Position numbers and translations under genes: made by a program. Positions 38,832-48,891 of a stretch of DNA of 64,000 nucleotides are shown one piece after another (position 1 is the stretch's first letter; every line of letters starts with the position of its first letter). Location: NCBI GenBank assembly GCA_028275825.1, contig JAPWTX010000002.1, forward strand, positions 23,206-87,205, in the 5' to 3' direction. The notes under the pieces are model-generated. The model did no database searches. It was not told where the DNA came from and saw only the letters and a list, made by a program, of their open reading frames with translations. The stretch is from Ignisphaera sp. GTDB lineage: Archaea > Thermoproteota > Thermoprotei_A > Sulfolobales > Ignisphaeraceae.

Positions 38832-39601
38832 TTGTTTAGCATGTGTTCATACTCTTCATAAGCGTCTCTAAGCACCTCTATGAGTTTCTGCTTAGCTCCA
38901 TAGGTATAGAACTTTTCAATAATTCTTATTGTGACTCCTCCAGGTGTTATCACGCTATCCCTTATACTACTTACCTCCTTAAGCGCCGTCAATGCTCCCA
39001 CACCTTGAAAAACAGTGGCAATTGCTTTTCTAGCTACATGATAAGGTACGCCTGCTTTTAGAGCTGAGAGCAGGAATGCGTCGTAGAGTTCAGCTACTAT
39101 GGCTGGCGTTGAAGCTGAGAAGAATGTGAGCATGTCCAAAACCTTTTCATTTACCCACATAACCTCTCCCAAAACTCTAAAAACCTTTTCGACAACATCA
39201 TTCTTTCTTTCCGCAGGTGTTAGAGCTGTAAAGCCTTTGTTTATCTCTACAGCTATATTTGGCATAGCCCTGTAGACCATGGACTTAGGCACAATGCTTT
39301 CGAGAACCTTTAGCTTTATGAGTGCTGCTATGGATACCACTACCTTTCCGCTCACTTCATCAGCAAAGCTTTTCAAAGCCTTCTCCACATCACCAGGTTT
39401 AACAGCAACTATAACTACATCAGCTTGTCTTGCAGCCGAAGAGGCGCTTTCACTCGTTTTGAAACCGAGTTTTGAAGCCTCTTCCAAGACCTCAGGAAGC
39501 ATATCGTAAACAATTATAGACTCTTTATCTATGTTCGCTCTTGAAAGACCCAATGCAATTGCTTTTCCCATTCTTCCAAAACCTATCACAGCGATCTCCA
39601 T
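38828..39601 (-). CDS. proC: Pyrroline-5-carboxylate reductase
   Basis: IGFGRMG, VAVKP, RAMPN, VITPGGVT motifs. Confidence 0.92.
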   Translation of the reverse strand: MEIAVIGFGRMGKAIALGLSRANIDKESIIVYDMLPEVLEEASKLGFKTSESASSAARQADVVIVAVKPGDVEKALKSFADEVSGKVVVSIAALIKLKVLESIVPKSMVYRAMPNIAVEINKGFTALTPAERKNDVVEKVFRVLGEVMWVNEKVLDMLTFFSASTPAIVAELYDAFLLSALKAGVPYHVARKAIATVFQGVGALTALKEVSSIRDSVITPGGVTIRIIEKFYTYGAKQKLIEVLRDAYEEYEHMLNN

Positions 39602-39677
39602 AATGCTGCCCCAAGTAAAGTACTTTCACATTTTTATAGCCTAGCTCAGCAATTTAATAGCTTTTGGTGGAGATTCA

Positions 39678-40901
39678 TTGCCTCAAACACCAGTTAGTGG
39701 GATTAGGGAAATAATTGATGTACTTAGAGGAGAGACAGGCTTTATATACACAGCAAGGGCTAGAGAGCTCGCTAAAAAGGGGTTTAAAGTAGTAAACTTT
39801 GGTGTTGGGCAGCCAGATTTACCTACACCGAGGCACATAGTTGAAGAGGCTAAGAAGGCTCTTGACGCAGGGCTCACTGGCTATACAGAAGTTGCTGGTA
39901 TTCCAGAGCTTAGGCAGGCAGTAGCAGAGTACTTGAATGAGCGTTATGGGTCTGATGTAAGGTCAGAGGAGGTTATAGTCACCCCCGGTGCTAAGGCAGC
40001 CCTTTTCCTAGCTTTTGCTGCCTATATAAGACCTGGTGATGAGGTTATAATCCCTGACCCCTCGTACTATATGTATCCCGAGGTAACGAAGTTTCTTGGC
40101 GGAAAACCTGTGTATGTACCGCTTAAGTGGCGTGGTGATGAAGAGGGTTTTGAGCTAGATGCAAGGGCTTTAGAAAATGCTGTATCTGAGAAGACTAGAG
40201 CTATAGTGGTGAATAATCCCCACAACCCAACGGGAGCTGTTTTCTCTTATAGAGAAATTGAGAAGGTGTTTGAAGTGGCAAAGGAGAGAAATCTTGTTGT
40301 GATTGTTGATGAGATTTACGATAACTTTGTTTATGAAGGGGGATTCAAATCATTCATGAGCATTTCTGAGTGGAGAGATTACATAGTTTATGCAAACGGT
40401 TTTTCAAAAACATTTTCAATGACTGGTTGGAGACTGGGATACTTAGTGGTTAGAAGAGAAGTGGCATCCAAATTAACAAAGCTAGCTGTAAATATATGGA
40501 CTTGCGCCCCATCATTCGCTCAAAAAGCAGGCGTAGTAGCGTTGAAGGGCTCTTGGGAGCCAGTCAAAGAGATGATAGAGCTTTATAAGAGGAGAAGAGA
40601 TACCATGTTTAAAGAGCTTAGGAAGATTAAAGGTATTGAAGTGTGGAAGAGTAGAGGGGCATTCTATCTCTATCCAAATATAAAGAACCTCTTAGAGAAG
40701 CTCAACATGAACGTAGAGACTCTAGCAGAAAAACTACTTAATGAAAAACATGTAGTCATATTACCAGGGACGGTTTTCTCAGAAAGTGAAATGGGAAAAA
40801 ACTACATTAGACTTAGCTTTGCACTAGATGAAAAGCTGATAGTAGAAGGCATAAATAGAATGAAGGAATTTGTTGAGGAAAAGCTTCATAATTGTAAGTA
40901 A
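39678..40901 (+). CDS. PLP-dependent class I/II aminotransferase (aspartate aminotransferase-like)
   Basis: GVGQPD, NNPHNPTG, DEIYD, SKTFSMTGWRLG. Confidence 0.95.
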   Translation: MPQTPVSGIREIIDVLRGETGFIYTARARELAKKGFKVVNFGVGQPDLPTPRHIVEEAKKALDAGLTGYTEVAGIPELRQAVAEYLNERYGSDVRSEEVIVTPGAKAALFLAFAAYIRPGDEVIIPDPSYYMYPEVTKFLGGKPVYVPLKWRGDEEGFELDARALENAVSEKTRAIVVNNPHNPTGAVFSYREIEKVFEVAKERNLVVIVDEIYDNFVYEGGFKSFMSISEWRDYIVYANGFSKTFSMTGWRLGYLVVRREVASKLTKLAVNIWTCAPSFAQKAGVVALKGSWEPVKEMIELYKRRRDTMFKELRKIKGIEVWKSRGAFYLYPNIKNLLEKLNMNVETLAEKLLNEKHVVILPGTVFSESEMGKNYIRLSFALDEKLIVEGINRMKEFVEEKLHNCK

Positions 40902-41212
40902 AACACTGCAGTCATGGTGTATCATAATTGATTGCAAGCTCTGTGAATAACTACAAAGCAATCTTAATTATCTAGCTCCATGGTCACTATTTTGTTTTCA
41001 AATAGCTTTATTACAAATCAATGCTATTGAGGTTCTAAGCTTTGAGAATGTATATTTAATCAATGTTCTTGTAAAGGGCAGAGGGATGGTAATTATTGAG
41101 GAAAATTGTAGTAATTGTTGTGAGACAGTCCTATTCCCTTAATCTGAATGGTAATGCTTTTAGTTATAAGTTTTTAATCTAAGGTAATGTAAAATCTTAT
41201 GGTGTTTCATAC

Positions 41213-42445
41213 TTGAGAAAGATTGCTATGGAGAAGCCTATTGTTGAAATAGATGGGGATGAAATGGCCAGGGTTATGTGGCACTTAGTTAGAGAGGAGC
41301 TTATAGAGCCATATGTTGAGCTTAAGGTAGAGTATTATGATCTTCATATAAAGGTTAGGGATGAGACTGAGGATAGAATTACATTAGATGCGGTAGAAGC
41401 CCTCAAGAGGGTTGGTGTAGGTGTTAAGTGTGCTACTATTACTCCAAATGTTGAGCGTGTTAAGGAGTATAACTTGAAGAGGGAATGGAGATCACCAAAT
41501 GCTACAATTAGGGAGCTGCTTGATGGAACAATATTTAGGGCGCCAATAATTGTATCGAATATCCAGCCTGCAGTGAGGTTCTGGAAAAAGCCCATTGTTA
41601 TTGCAAGGCATGCTGTTGGAGACATATACTCTGGTGCAGGAGTTAGGGTTGAGGGACCTGGGGAGGTTCACATAATTTTTAAAGGTGTTGATGGGAGGAG
41701 TATTGATGTGAAGGTGGGCACCCTTGGTGGGGCAGGGATTATACAAGCATACCATGTTGCAGAAAAATCTATATATTCATTTGCAAGGTCAGTATTTCGC
41801 TATGCTCTAATGTCTAACTTGAATGTATGGTTTGCTGCAAAAGACACTATATCTAAGGTTTATGACGCGAGATTTAAGGAGATTTTTCAGGAAGTTTATG
41901 AGAGAGAGTTTAAAGAGGAATTTTCTGGGAGAGGGCTGACATACGAGTACTACCTGATAGATGATGCATACTCGCGGGCAATTAGGTCAGAAGGGGGTTT
42001 TGTATGGGCTGCCAAAAACTATGATGGGGATGTTCTCTCAGACTTGATGGCATCAGCTTTTTCAGGAAGCTTAGCAATGATGACTTCAGAGCTTTTGTCG
42101 CCAGATGGTGTATACATGGCAGAAGCTGCCCATGGAACTGTGCAAAGGCATTATTACAGGTATTTGAGGGGTGAAAAGACTTCAACAAATCCAACTGCGA
42201 TAATCTTGGCATGGAGCAAGGGGCTTAGGAGGAGGGGTGAGCTGGATAAAAATGAGGATCTCATATTATATGCTAAAAACCTTGAAGAAGCAGTTAAAAA
42301 GACTATAGAAGTGGATAGGGTAGTAACACAAGATATAGCAAAGATTAGCGAACCCCCCATAAACGCTGTTGTAACAACAGAAGAGTTCATAGAGACTGTG
42401 AAGAAAAATCTAGAGCATATGCTTTCACATCGAATACTCGTATAA
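41213..42445 (+). CDS. icd: NADP-dependent isocitrate dehydrogenase, subfamily II-like
   Basis: DGDEMAR, VKCATITP, WRSPNATIR, KNYDGDV, EAAHGTVQRH, TSTNP motifs. Confidence 0.95.
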   Translation: MRKIAMEKPIVEIDGDEMARVMWHLVREELIEPYVELKVEYYDLHIKVRDETEDRITLDAVEALKRVGVGVKCATITPNVERVKEYNLKREWRSPNATIRELLDGTIFRAPIIVSNIQPAVRFWKKPIVIARHAVGDIYSGAGVRVEGPGEVHIIFKGVDGRSIDVKVGTLGGAGIIQAYHVAEKSIYSFARSVFRYALMSNLNVWFAAKDTISKVYDARFKEIFQEVYEREFKEEFSGRGLTYEYYLIDDAYSRAIRSEGGFVWAAKNYDGDVLSDLMASAFSGSLAMMTSELLSPDGVYMAEAAHGTVQRHYYRYLRGEKTSTNPTAIILAWSKGLRRRGELDKNEDLILYAKNLEEAVKKTIEVDRVVTQDIAKISEPPINAVVTTEEFIETVKKNLEHMLSHRILV

Positions 42446-42578
42446 AACAAAGAATAGAGATAGCAGATAACAATACCAGCAATCAACCTTTTAAGGACAC
42501 CCAGTATTTCAATCTCTCATTGAAAAAGGTCATATGCGTTTTATTAATAAAGCTTTTATTTCAAAGCTAATTTGAAAC

Positions 42579-43532
42579 ATGGTTTCGAGATGCCTAATGA
42601 GAAAGGCTATTGAAATCGTTAATTTGGTTAAGAGATTTGGAGATACTATTGCGGTGGATAATCTTTCCCTAGATATATATGAAGGGGAGATATTTGGTTT
42701 TCTAGGACCTAATGGTAGTGGCAAAACTACGACACTTCTTACGATAGCTACAGTATATAAGCCTACTTCAGGGGATGTAAGGGTTTATGGATATAGTGTT
42801 GTAAATTATGGTGATAAGGTTAGGAAGCTTATTGGAATTGCGTTTCAAGATCCTAAGGCGCTTGGCATAGATAAACCTTATGACTTGCTGCTCTGGCATG
42901 CAAGAGTAGTGGGGTATTCATTTAATGATGCAAAAAAGGTTGTTAAGGGGGTTATGGAATCTTTAGGGCTTTGGGAGTATAGAAATAAGTATTTTTATCA
43001 GCTTAGTGGAGGAACTAGGAAGAAAGTGGAGATAGCTAAAATACTTATACAGAGACCAAAGGTAGCAATATTTGATGAGCCAACAGCACAAGTGGATGTT
43101 ACTTCAAAGCACGCTATGTGGGACGCCATTAGGGAGCTCAGGAATAGTGGCTCAACAATAATACTTGCAACAAATGATATGTTTGAGGCTGAAAGGATGT
43201 GTGAGAGAATTGCAATAATATATAGAGGTAGACTTAGGGCTTTGGGGGCTGTGAAAGAGTTAAAGGATCTGGTTCCATATGGAGATATAGTTGAGGTTTC
43301 CATAGCTAAGCAGGAAGATGCCGAAAGAGCTGTGAAGATACTGAGTGGCTTTGGAAAGGTAGGCGCTAATGGGCTTCAGTTTATGGTATATTTGAACAGA
43401 GGGGAGGAAAAAGCTATTGAAATAATTGATGCACTGGAGAAGGTGGGGATTAGAGTAACAAGAATTATGGTAAAAGAACCTACACTTGATGACGTATTCT
43501 TCTACATCACTAAAGCAAAACTCAAAGAGTAG
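42579..43532 (+). CDS. ABC exporter ATP-binding protein (DrrA-like)
   Basis: GPNGSGKTT, LSGG, FDEPT, EPTLDDVF. Confidence 0.95.
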   Translation: MVSRCLMRKAIEIVNLVKRFGDTIAVDNLSLDIYEGEIFGFLGPNGSGKTTTLLTIATVYKPTSGDVRVYGYSVVNYGDKVRKLIGIAFQDPKALGIDKPYDLLLWHARVVGYSFNDAKKVVKGVMESLGLWEYRNKYFYQLSGGTRKKVEIAKILIQRPKVAIFDEPTAQVDVTSKHAMWDAIRELRNSGSTIILATNDMFEAERMCERIAIIYRGRLRALGAVKELKDLVPYGDIVEVSIAKQEDAERAVKILSGFGKVGANGLQFMVYLNRGEEKAIEIIDALEKVGIRVTRIMVKEPTLDDVFFYITKAKLKE

Positions 43533-44367
43533 AAGTAGAAATAGTGTGGGGAAAATGGTTTTCACATCACGTAGCCTAAATCAAATGTTACTGTTGATAC
43601 AATGGGATCTAACAAAAATTGTTAGAAGAGTAATATTTGTCGTAATGAGAGCAACATGGTTTGCTGTACAAGTCACCTTATTTGGAATAGCGCTATCCTA
43701 CATGATTAGCACGAGAAACGTTGGGTTAGATCCACAGCAATACTATAAGTTCTATCTACTTGGCATTTATACATCAATACTCTTTTCAATAACAGCCTCA
43801 AGAGCTTATGACATTGCTGAGGAATTTGAGGAGGGAATAATAGAGTACCAGCTATCTTTACCAATAAATAGAAAGGTTTTAGCTATTGGAAGAGCAATTG
43901 GTGGGGGAATAGCGTCAACAATCTTCACATTGCCCATGTTTTTCACAGTAGTGGTGCTGGCAAACGAATTCTCGCTCACATCAATACTTCTGTCGCTTTC
44001 AGCATCACTCCTATTTTCAGTAGGTATAGCGGGAATGGTAATATCCATAACTCTTAGTATAAAATCTGGCGATGCTACTGACATATTGATGGGAGCTCTT
44101 GATGCAATACTTGTTAGGCTTTCTACAATTTTCTACCCATCTATAGTGTTGAGAAACATAGCGCCATACTATTACGCAGCTTTAGTAAACCCAGTTTCTC
44201 ACTTGGCAGATTTGTTGAGAATTTTCTACTCATTCGAAGATTTTAAATTCTTTGTTATAACAAACCCTTTAGCTATGGCTTGCTATATCATAGGTCTTGC
44301 TGTAGGTGTCTCAGTAATGACAATGCATATAATTGAATCAAAGCTTGAGGGAGGTGGATGGAGATGA
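43486..44367 (+). CDS. ABC-2 permease (true start probably near 43556)
   Basis: Multi-TM; NPVSH motif. Confidence 0.85.
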   Translation: MMTYSSTSLKQNSKSRSRNSVGKMVFTSRSLNQMLLLIQWDLTKIVRRVIFVVMRATWFAVQVTLFGIALSYMISTRNVGLDPQQYYKFYLLGIYTSILFSITASRAYDIAEEFEEGIIEYQLSLPINRKVLAIGRAIGGGIASTIFTLPMFFTVVVLANEFSLTSILLSLSASLLFSVGIAGMVISITLSIKSGDATDILMGALDAILVRLSTIFYPSIVLRNIAPYYYAALVNPVSHLADLLRIFYSFEDFKFFVITNPLAMACYIIGLAVGVSVMTMHIIESKLEGGGWR

Positions 44368-45131
44368 ATAGCATTAAAAGCGTGTTCCTAGTTGCTGAAA
44401 GGGATCTCTATAGATTTTGGCAATCAAAGCAGTGGTTAGCAGGGCAAATAGCCATGAACCTTGCAGATGTATTTATCTTTGCACTTATATTTGGAGGAAT
44501 TGTAAGAAAGGATCTTGTACCAGATTACTTCAAATATGTGACACCAGGTATAGCGTCTCTAGCAACATTTGTAGCTGCATTCTCCATAGGTAGAGAAGTT
44601 GGTATGGAGGTTAGGAGAGATATTGTAGACTATTTACTAGTACTGCCTATGAGTAGACTGGCTTTGGTTATTGGAAGACTGCTTGGAGGGATGTTGAGAG
44701 GACTCTTATATCAACTCACATTCTTAGTACTAGCATCCATCATACTTTCTTCACCAAAGCTAGAACAGTTACCAATTTTGTTTATGACATCAATACTACT
44801 AACATCATCTATGTCAAGCCTTGCGATAGCGGTTTCATCTATAAGCAGGGATTTCAATATTCAGGCAACGTTCAGAGCTATTACATACTACCTCCTATTC
44901 TTTTTCTCCAATGTGTACTACCCAAGGCAGGTATTGATGCTAAGGTTTCCACAGCCAATACCACAAATAGTGAGTGTTTCACCTATCTCCCTAGCAGCAG
45001 ACATCTACAGATGGTGCTTTAACTACTACACATACATAGACTATACAGATCTTGCAATGCTAGCGCTATGGAGTTCAGCACTAATAGTACTGGGATTAGC
45101 AACATATCTAAGAAACCTGACAAAACGTTGA
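44358..45131 (+). CDS. ABC-2 permease
   Basis: Multi-TM; SNVYYP and SPIS motifs. Confidence 0.88.
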   Translation: MEMNSIKSVFLVAERDLYRFWQSKQWLAGQIAMNLADVFIFALIFGGIVRKDLVPDYFKYVTPGIASLATFVAAFSIGREVGMEVRRDIVDYLLVLPMSRLALVIGRLLGGMLRGLLYQLTFLVLASIILSSPKLEQLPILFMTSILLTSSMSSLAIAVSSISRDFNIQATFRAITYYLLFFFSNVYYPRQVLMLRFPQPIPQIVSVSPISLAADIYRWCFNYYTYIDYTDLAMLALWSSALIVLGLATYLRNLTKR

Positions 45132-45323
45132 GTAGCATCAAGAGATACTTAGATAGAATAAAAATTTGTGGGATTTGTAATCATCTTATGTTTTTGTATC
45201 AATAAAAACAGGATAGATATAGAGATTTCAATATTTACAGCAATTGCTATAATTGTGGTTATCCACTATTTGAAGAACTTTTCTACACACACTCAAAAAG
45301 GTCAAAACGGATTGTGGAAATTA

Positions 45324-46634
45324 TTAGAGCCATACCACAAATATTGTTATAGAGGATCTCCCACTACCAACTTTTTCTGCACGTAGCCTAGCAAAAGTGA
45401 ACATCCTTCTCCTGTTATCTAGTTCTATGGATTGTACGGAGCCCGGATCTGATATACCAGAGCTATAGAGTTGCCACCTAACCCTATGTTTCAATTCTAT
45501 TAATGCAGGCTGTCTTGTTACATAGAGACCCCACCTCACTTGCGTTTCACCGTCATTTACTATGTCCATGGCTACAGACTCCCTATCAAGAATTTCAAGA
45601 GGCGGATCTAGCCACATACCATTTCCGGGATCTATGCCCAGCGCTAGTATCCATGTAAGTGGTTTTCTAGGAAATTCTAAAACCTCTATCACAGCTGAGC
45701 CAGCGTAACCTCTCCAATCAACAGCTCCTATAGTTCCCCACAGTGTTGGAAACACATGAGTAGTTTCAAAAAGGCCATATGTTGATGGTCTGTAGTGGAG
45801 TGTTGGTATGTGGGAATATGTTGAGGCTATTCCCCATCTAGGCCTACAATTATAGTCTATGGCTATAACACCACCACCAGCCTCTAAACCAACTACAGTG
45901 AGATTTCCACCAGCTTCAGCAAGCCCCAATCTAAATGCACTATGTGGTTTGTAGAGCCATATTGAATTGGCCTCACCATAACCCTTTGGGCATCTCCACA
46001 CAACTCTGCCATTCTCATCAATTTCATACACACTTCCAATATCAGAGTTCTGTGCAATTATATAATCACCTCCAAAAGAATTGCTATGAATACCGCTAGC
46101 CGTAGCACCAAAGATTTTAGAAATTTTTGCAGCATTACCTATAGGTAAACTCCACTTAATTGCCCCATCGAAGCTCACTTTACGTACAAATCCCCCACTA
46201 CCACCAGAACCATAATCAGATATGATAAAACCCTCTTCAACAGGAACAATATCTTGAGGCCACTCGGCATCTTCTAAACTAAGACTCCATTTCACCCTCT
46301 TTTCATCCCTATCTATTAAAACCCATCTACTCTCCCTATCAGTACATAGAATATCACCAGCTTTACCGCCTATGGCAGGTATGTTATCTAACAGCAAATG
46401 AGCTGTATGGGGATTTGGAATTGTTTTGCCTGGTACAGTTAACTCTTCTTCCACAACGCCCTTAATAACATCATATATTACTACACTAAACCTATTATGG
46501 GGATCTGCCATAACAAGCTTCTCTCTTCCATCCCTCGGATCCACCACATGCTCAGCATAATGAATGGCATAGCCATGTCTATAGAAAAGGACTCTAAATT
46601 TGAAGCCTCCAAAACCGTGAACCACATGCTCCAT
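45324..46634 (-). CDS. Hypothetical protein, probable beta-propeller plus C-terminal beta domain
   Basis: Recurrent (V/I)xW blade ends (KVKWS, AIKWS, VVWR, PRWG); no signal peptide. Confidence 0.7.
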   Translation of the reverse strand: MEHVVHGFGGFKFRVLFYRHGYAIHYAEHVVDPRDGREKLVMADPHNRFSVVIYDVIKGVVEEELTVPGKTIPNPHTAHLLLDNIPAIGGKAGDILCTDRESRWVLIDRDEKRVKWSLSLEDAEWPQDIVPVEEGFIISDYGSGGSGGFVRKVSFDGAIKWSLPIGNAAKISKIFGATASGIHSNSFGGDYIIAQNSDIGSVYEIDENGRVVWRCPKGYGEANSIWLYKPHSAFRLGLAEAGGNLTVVGLEAGGGVIAIDYNCRPRWGIASTYSHIPTLHYRPSTYGLFETTHVFPTLWGTIGAVDWRGYAGSAVIEVLEFPRKPLTWILALGIDPGNGMWLDPPLEILDRESVAMDIVNDGETQVRWGLYVTRQPALIELKHRVRWQLYSSGISDPGSVQSIELDNRRRMFTFARLRAEKVGSGRSSITIFVVWL

Positions 46635-46729
46635 AATATCACAACTTTAGTATTTAGGTAGCATAAGATCTTAAATTAGCGAAAAGTTATAAATCTCGCT
46701 AGAGGCATTTACTAGTTTGGTGCATCTCT

Positions 46730-47044
46730 TTGGGTGTAGTAGAGGCTGTGTTAGCCAATCCCCAAAGCTATGCTATAATGGTGCTACAGTTTCTACTTGG
46801 TTTGGCGCTGGGTTACATATCTGTAAAGGCATTGAAATATATATTAGCATTCATAGCCATACTTGCTCTAGGAACATTTCTATCCATATGGTCCCTTGGG
46901 ACAACACCACAAGATGTTTTGAAAAACGTTGGAATAGCTATAGATGCTGCTAAAGGACTTGCAATAGTGCTAGGCCTAATGACAGTAGGACCAGTATCTA
47001 TAGGATTTATAGTAGGAGCTATAATAGCTTTACTCAAGAAGTAA
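46730..47044 (+). CDS. Small membrane protein (FUN14-like pattern)
   Basis: FLLGLALGYISVKALK motif; three hydrophobic segments. Confidence 0.65.
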   Translation: MGVVEAVLANPQSYAIMVLQFLLGLALGYISVKALKYILAFIAILALGTFLSIWSLGTTPQDVLKNVGIAIDAAKGLAIVLGLMTVGPVSIGFIVGAIIALLKK

Positions 47045-47317
47045 ACCTTTTTCCATTGCTAACCCTCTGCAGAACATAATGAGGTATTATACTTCCTGTT
47101 AGCAGCTATTCATATCAAGTCAAGTCATTATATCCACTACTCCTCAGATAACATATGCAAATCCAAATAGATGCAGAAAACCTATTAACAATGTTAGAAG
47201 AGTCTTCGCTCCTCAAGGGTGGGAGGAGAGAGTAACAAAAACATTATCAGAATAAAGTATTAAAGGTAATTGTGAAACACACTATTTAAGCTAGAAACCT
47301 ATGCGTAGAGCCATTAT

Positions 47318-48649
47318 CTATGCAACTATATAGATTAATGAGTACAGGAGCCATGCTAGTAAAACAGATGTTGCATTGTATATGATACTTACTTTCATGA
47401 AGTCCAAGAACCCAATTTTATAACCATTCTTCTCTAGCATTCTAACAGCCGTTACGTTTGCTGATGCACCTATATATGTGAAGTTCCCACCTAGTGTTAT
47501 GCCTATCAATGCTGCCCACATAAGGATGACAGGATCATGAGATGTTATAGATGACATTGTTTTGACTATTGGTATCATTGTTAGAGTTATTGGCACATTG
47601 TCTATTACAGAAGATAAGGCGACGCACAACCACATTATAACTGATGTTAAGCCGAATATATTGTAGCTGAATTCTTTCACAAGGTATTCTGCAAGTATTT
47701 TTGCAATGCCATGTTTTTCAAAAGCGCCAGATAGTATAAATAATGATGCTAAGAAGATTAGAAGCCTCCATTCAAATCCATGTCTAAATGCCTCCTTAAC
47801 GCTACCCCTATCTCTATGGATAAGCCTGGCAATTGTTATTCCGGAAACAGCTATGAATGCTGAGAAACTTAGTGGTATACTTAAAATATTTCTAAGGCTT
47901 AAAAGAATGATCTTTATAGATAGAAAGAATGCAGCTTCCCACACAAACATCTCATCCAATGACCCTTGAGAATCATATCCAAGCACAGCACGGTCTACAC
48001 CTCTAGAGCTCATGATTCTCGCATTTCTTTTAACTGACAGGTATGCTGATAAAGCTATAGCGACAATCATTGATGCAAGAGTGAAGAAAAACATTGATGG
48101 CTCACCCTTATAAAATATGAAATCAGTAAATGAAAGATTGAAAGCACCAGCTGTAATTAATGCTGGTGGATCTCCAATCATTGTTGCAGACCCAGCGATA
48201 TTAGCTGAAAGCGCCATGAGAATCATTGGTGTTCTAGGATCTATCTCAATGGATCTAGAAATAGTGAAGACAACAGGGTAAAATAATAGCACTACCGACA
48301 CATTCTCCATAAAAATGCTCACTAAGCCTGCTAGTAACGATAGCAGGAACACTGTTGTGTAAGGAGAGCCTTTAGAATGCTTCAATATGTACCTAGCTGC
48401 AAGTGTTGCAAGACCACTTCTCTCTAGATATACCGTGAATATGCCTACGCCTAGTATAAGTCCCAGAACATCCCAATTAACATATTTTATTGCCTCAGAA
48501 GGCGATACAACACCTGTAACCACTAAAACAACTGCTATAGCTAACCCAATCCAATGCCTCTCTATCTTATTCCAGATAAGAAGAGCTATTAAAATGGTGA
48601 GAGATGCTAACACTATAAATGCATCTAGAGTAATCATATTGCACAGCAT
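47318..48649 (-). CDS. ArsB/NhaD/SLC13-type ion or anion permease
   Basis: ENVSVV, SANIAGSATMIGDPP, DNVP, GGNFTYIGASAN motifs. Confidence 0.92.
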   Translation of the reverse strand: MLCNMITLDAFIVLASLTILIALLIWNKIERHWIGLAIAVVLVVTGVVSPSEAIKYVNWDVLGLILGVGIFTVYLERSGLATLAARYILKHSKGSPYTTVFLLSLLAGLVSIFMENVSVVLLFYPVVFTISRSIEIDPRTPMILMALSANIAGSATMIGDPPALITAGAFNLSFTDFIFYKGEPSMFFFTLASMIVAIALSAYLSVKRNARIMSSRGVDRAVLGYDSQGSLDEMFVWEAAFFLSIKIILLSLRNILSIPLSFSAFIAVSGITIARLIHRDRGSVKEAFRHGFEWRLLIFLASLFILSGAFEKHGIAKILAEYLVKEFSYNIFGLTSVIMWLCVALSSVIDNVPITLTMIPIVKTMSSITSHDPVILMWAALIGITLGGNFTYIGASANVTAVRMLEKNGYKIGFLDFMKVSIIYNATSVLLAWLLYSLIYIVA

Positions 48650-48891
48650 TGCAGTCTCTGCAATAAAAGCTTAACTTTGGGCACAAAATTCATAGATTTT
48701 AAAGTTCTTGAATCATATTTATATCAATATGTTTAGAAATGTTACCATTACTCATGAATATATATAGCGTTTTTGATGATAAAAACCCTTCCACAGCACT
48801 TATTGAATAATTCCTCGTCTATTAACACAGTGTTGCTTAGGATATTCATGAATTTGCAGTTAAAGATCATGCTCTTTGGCTAGAAAGCGGC

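Noticed and set aside
47195-47235. Degenerate IS605-like hairpin followed by GAGGAG
   Set aside because: Too eroded; no guide tetranucleotide or TCAG terminus to support an element call
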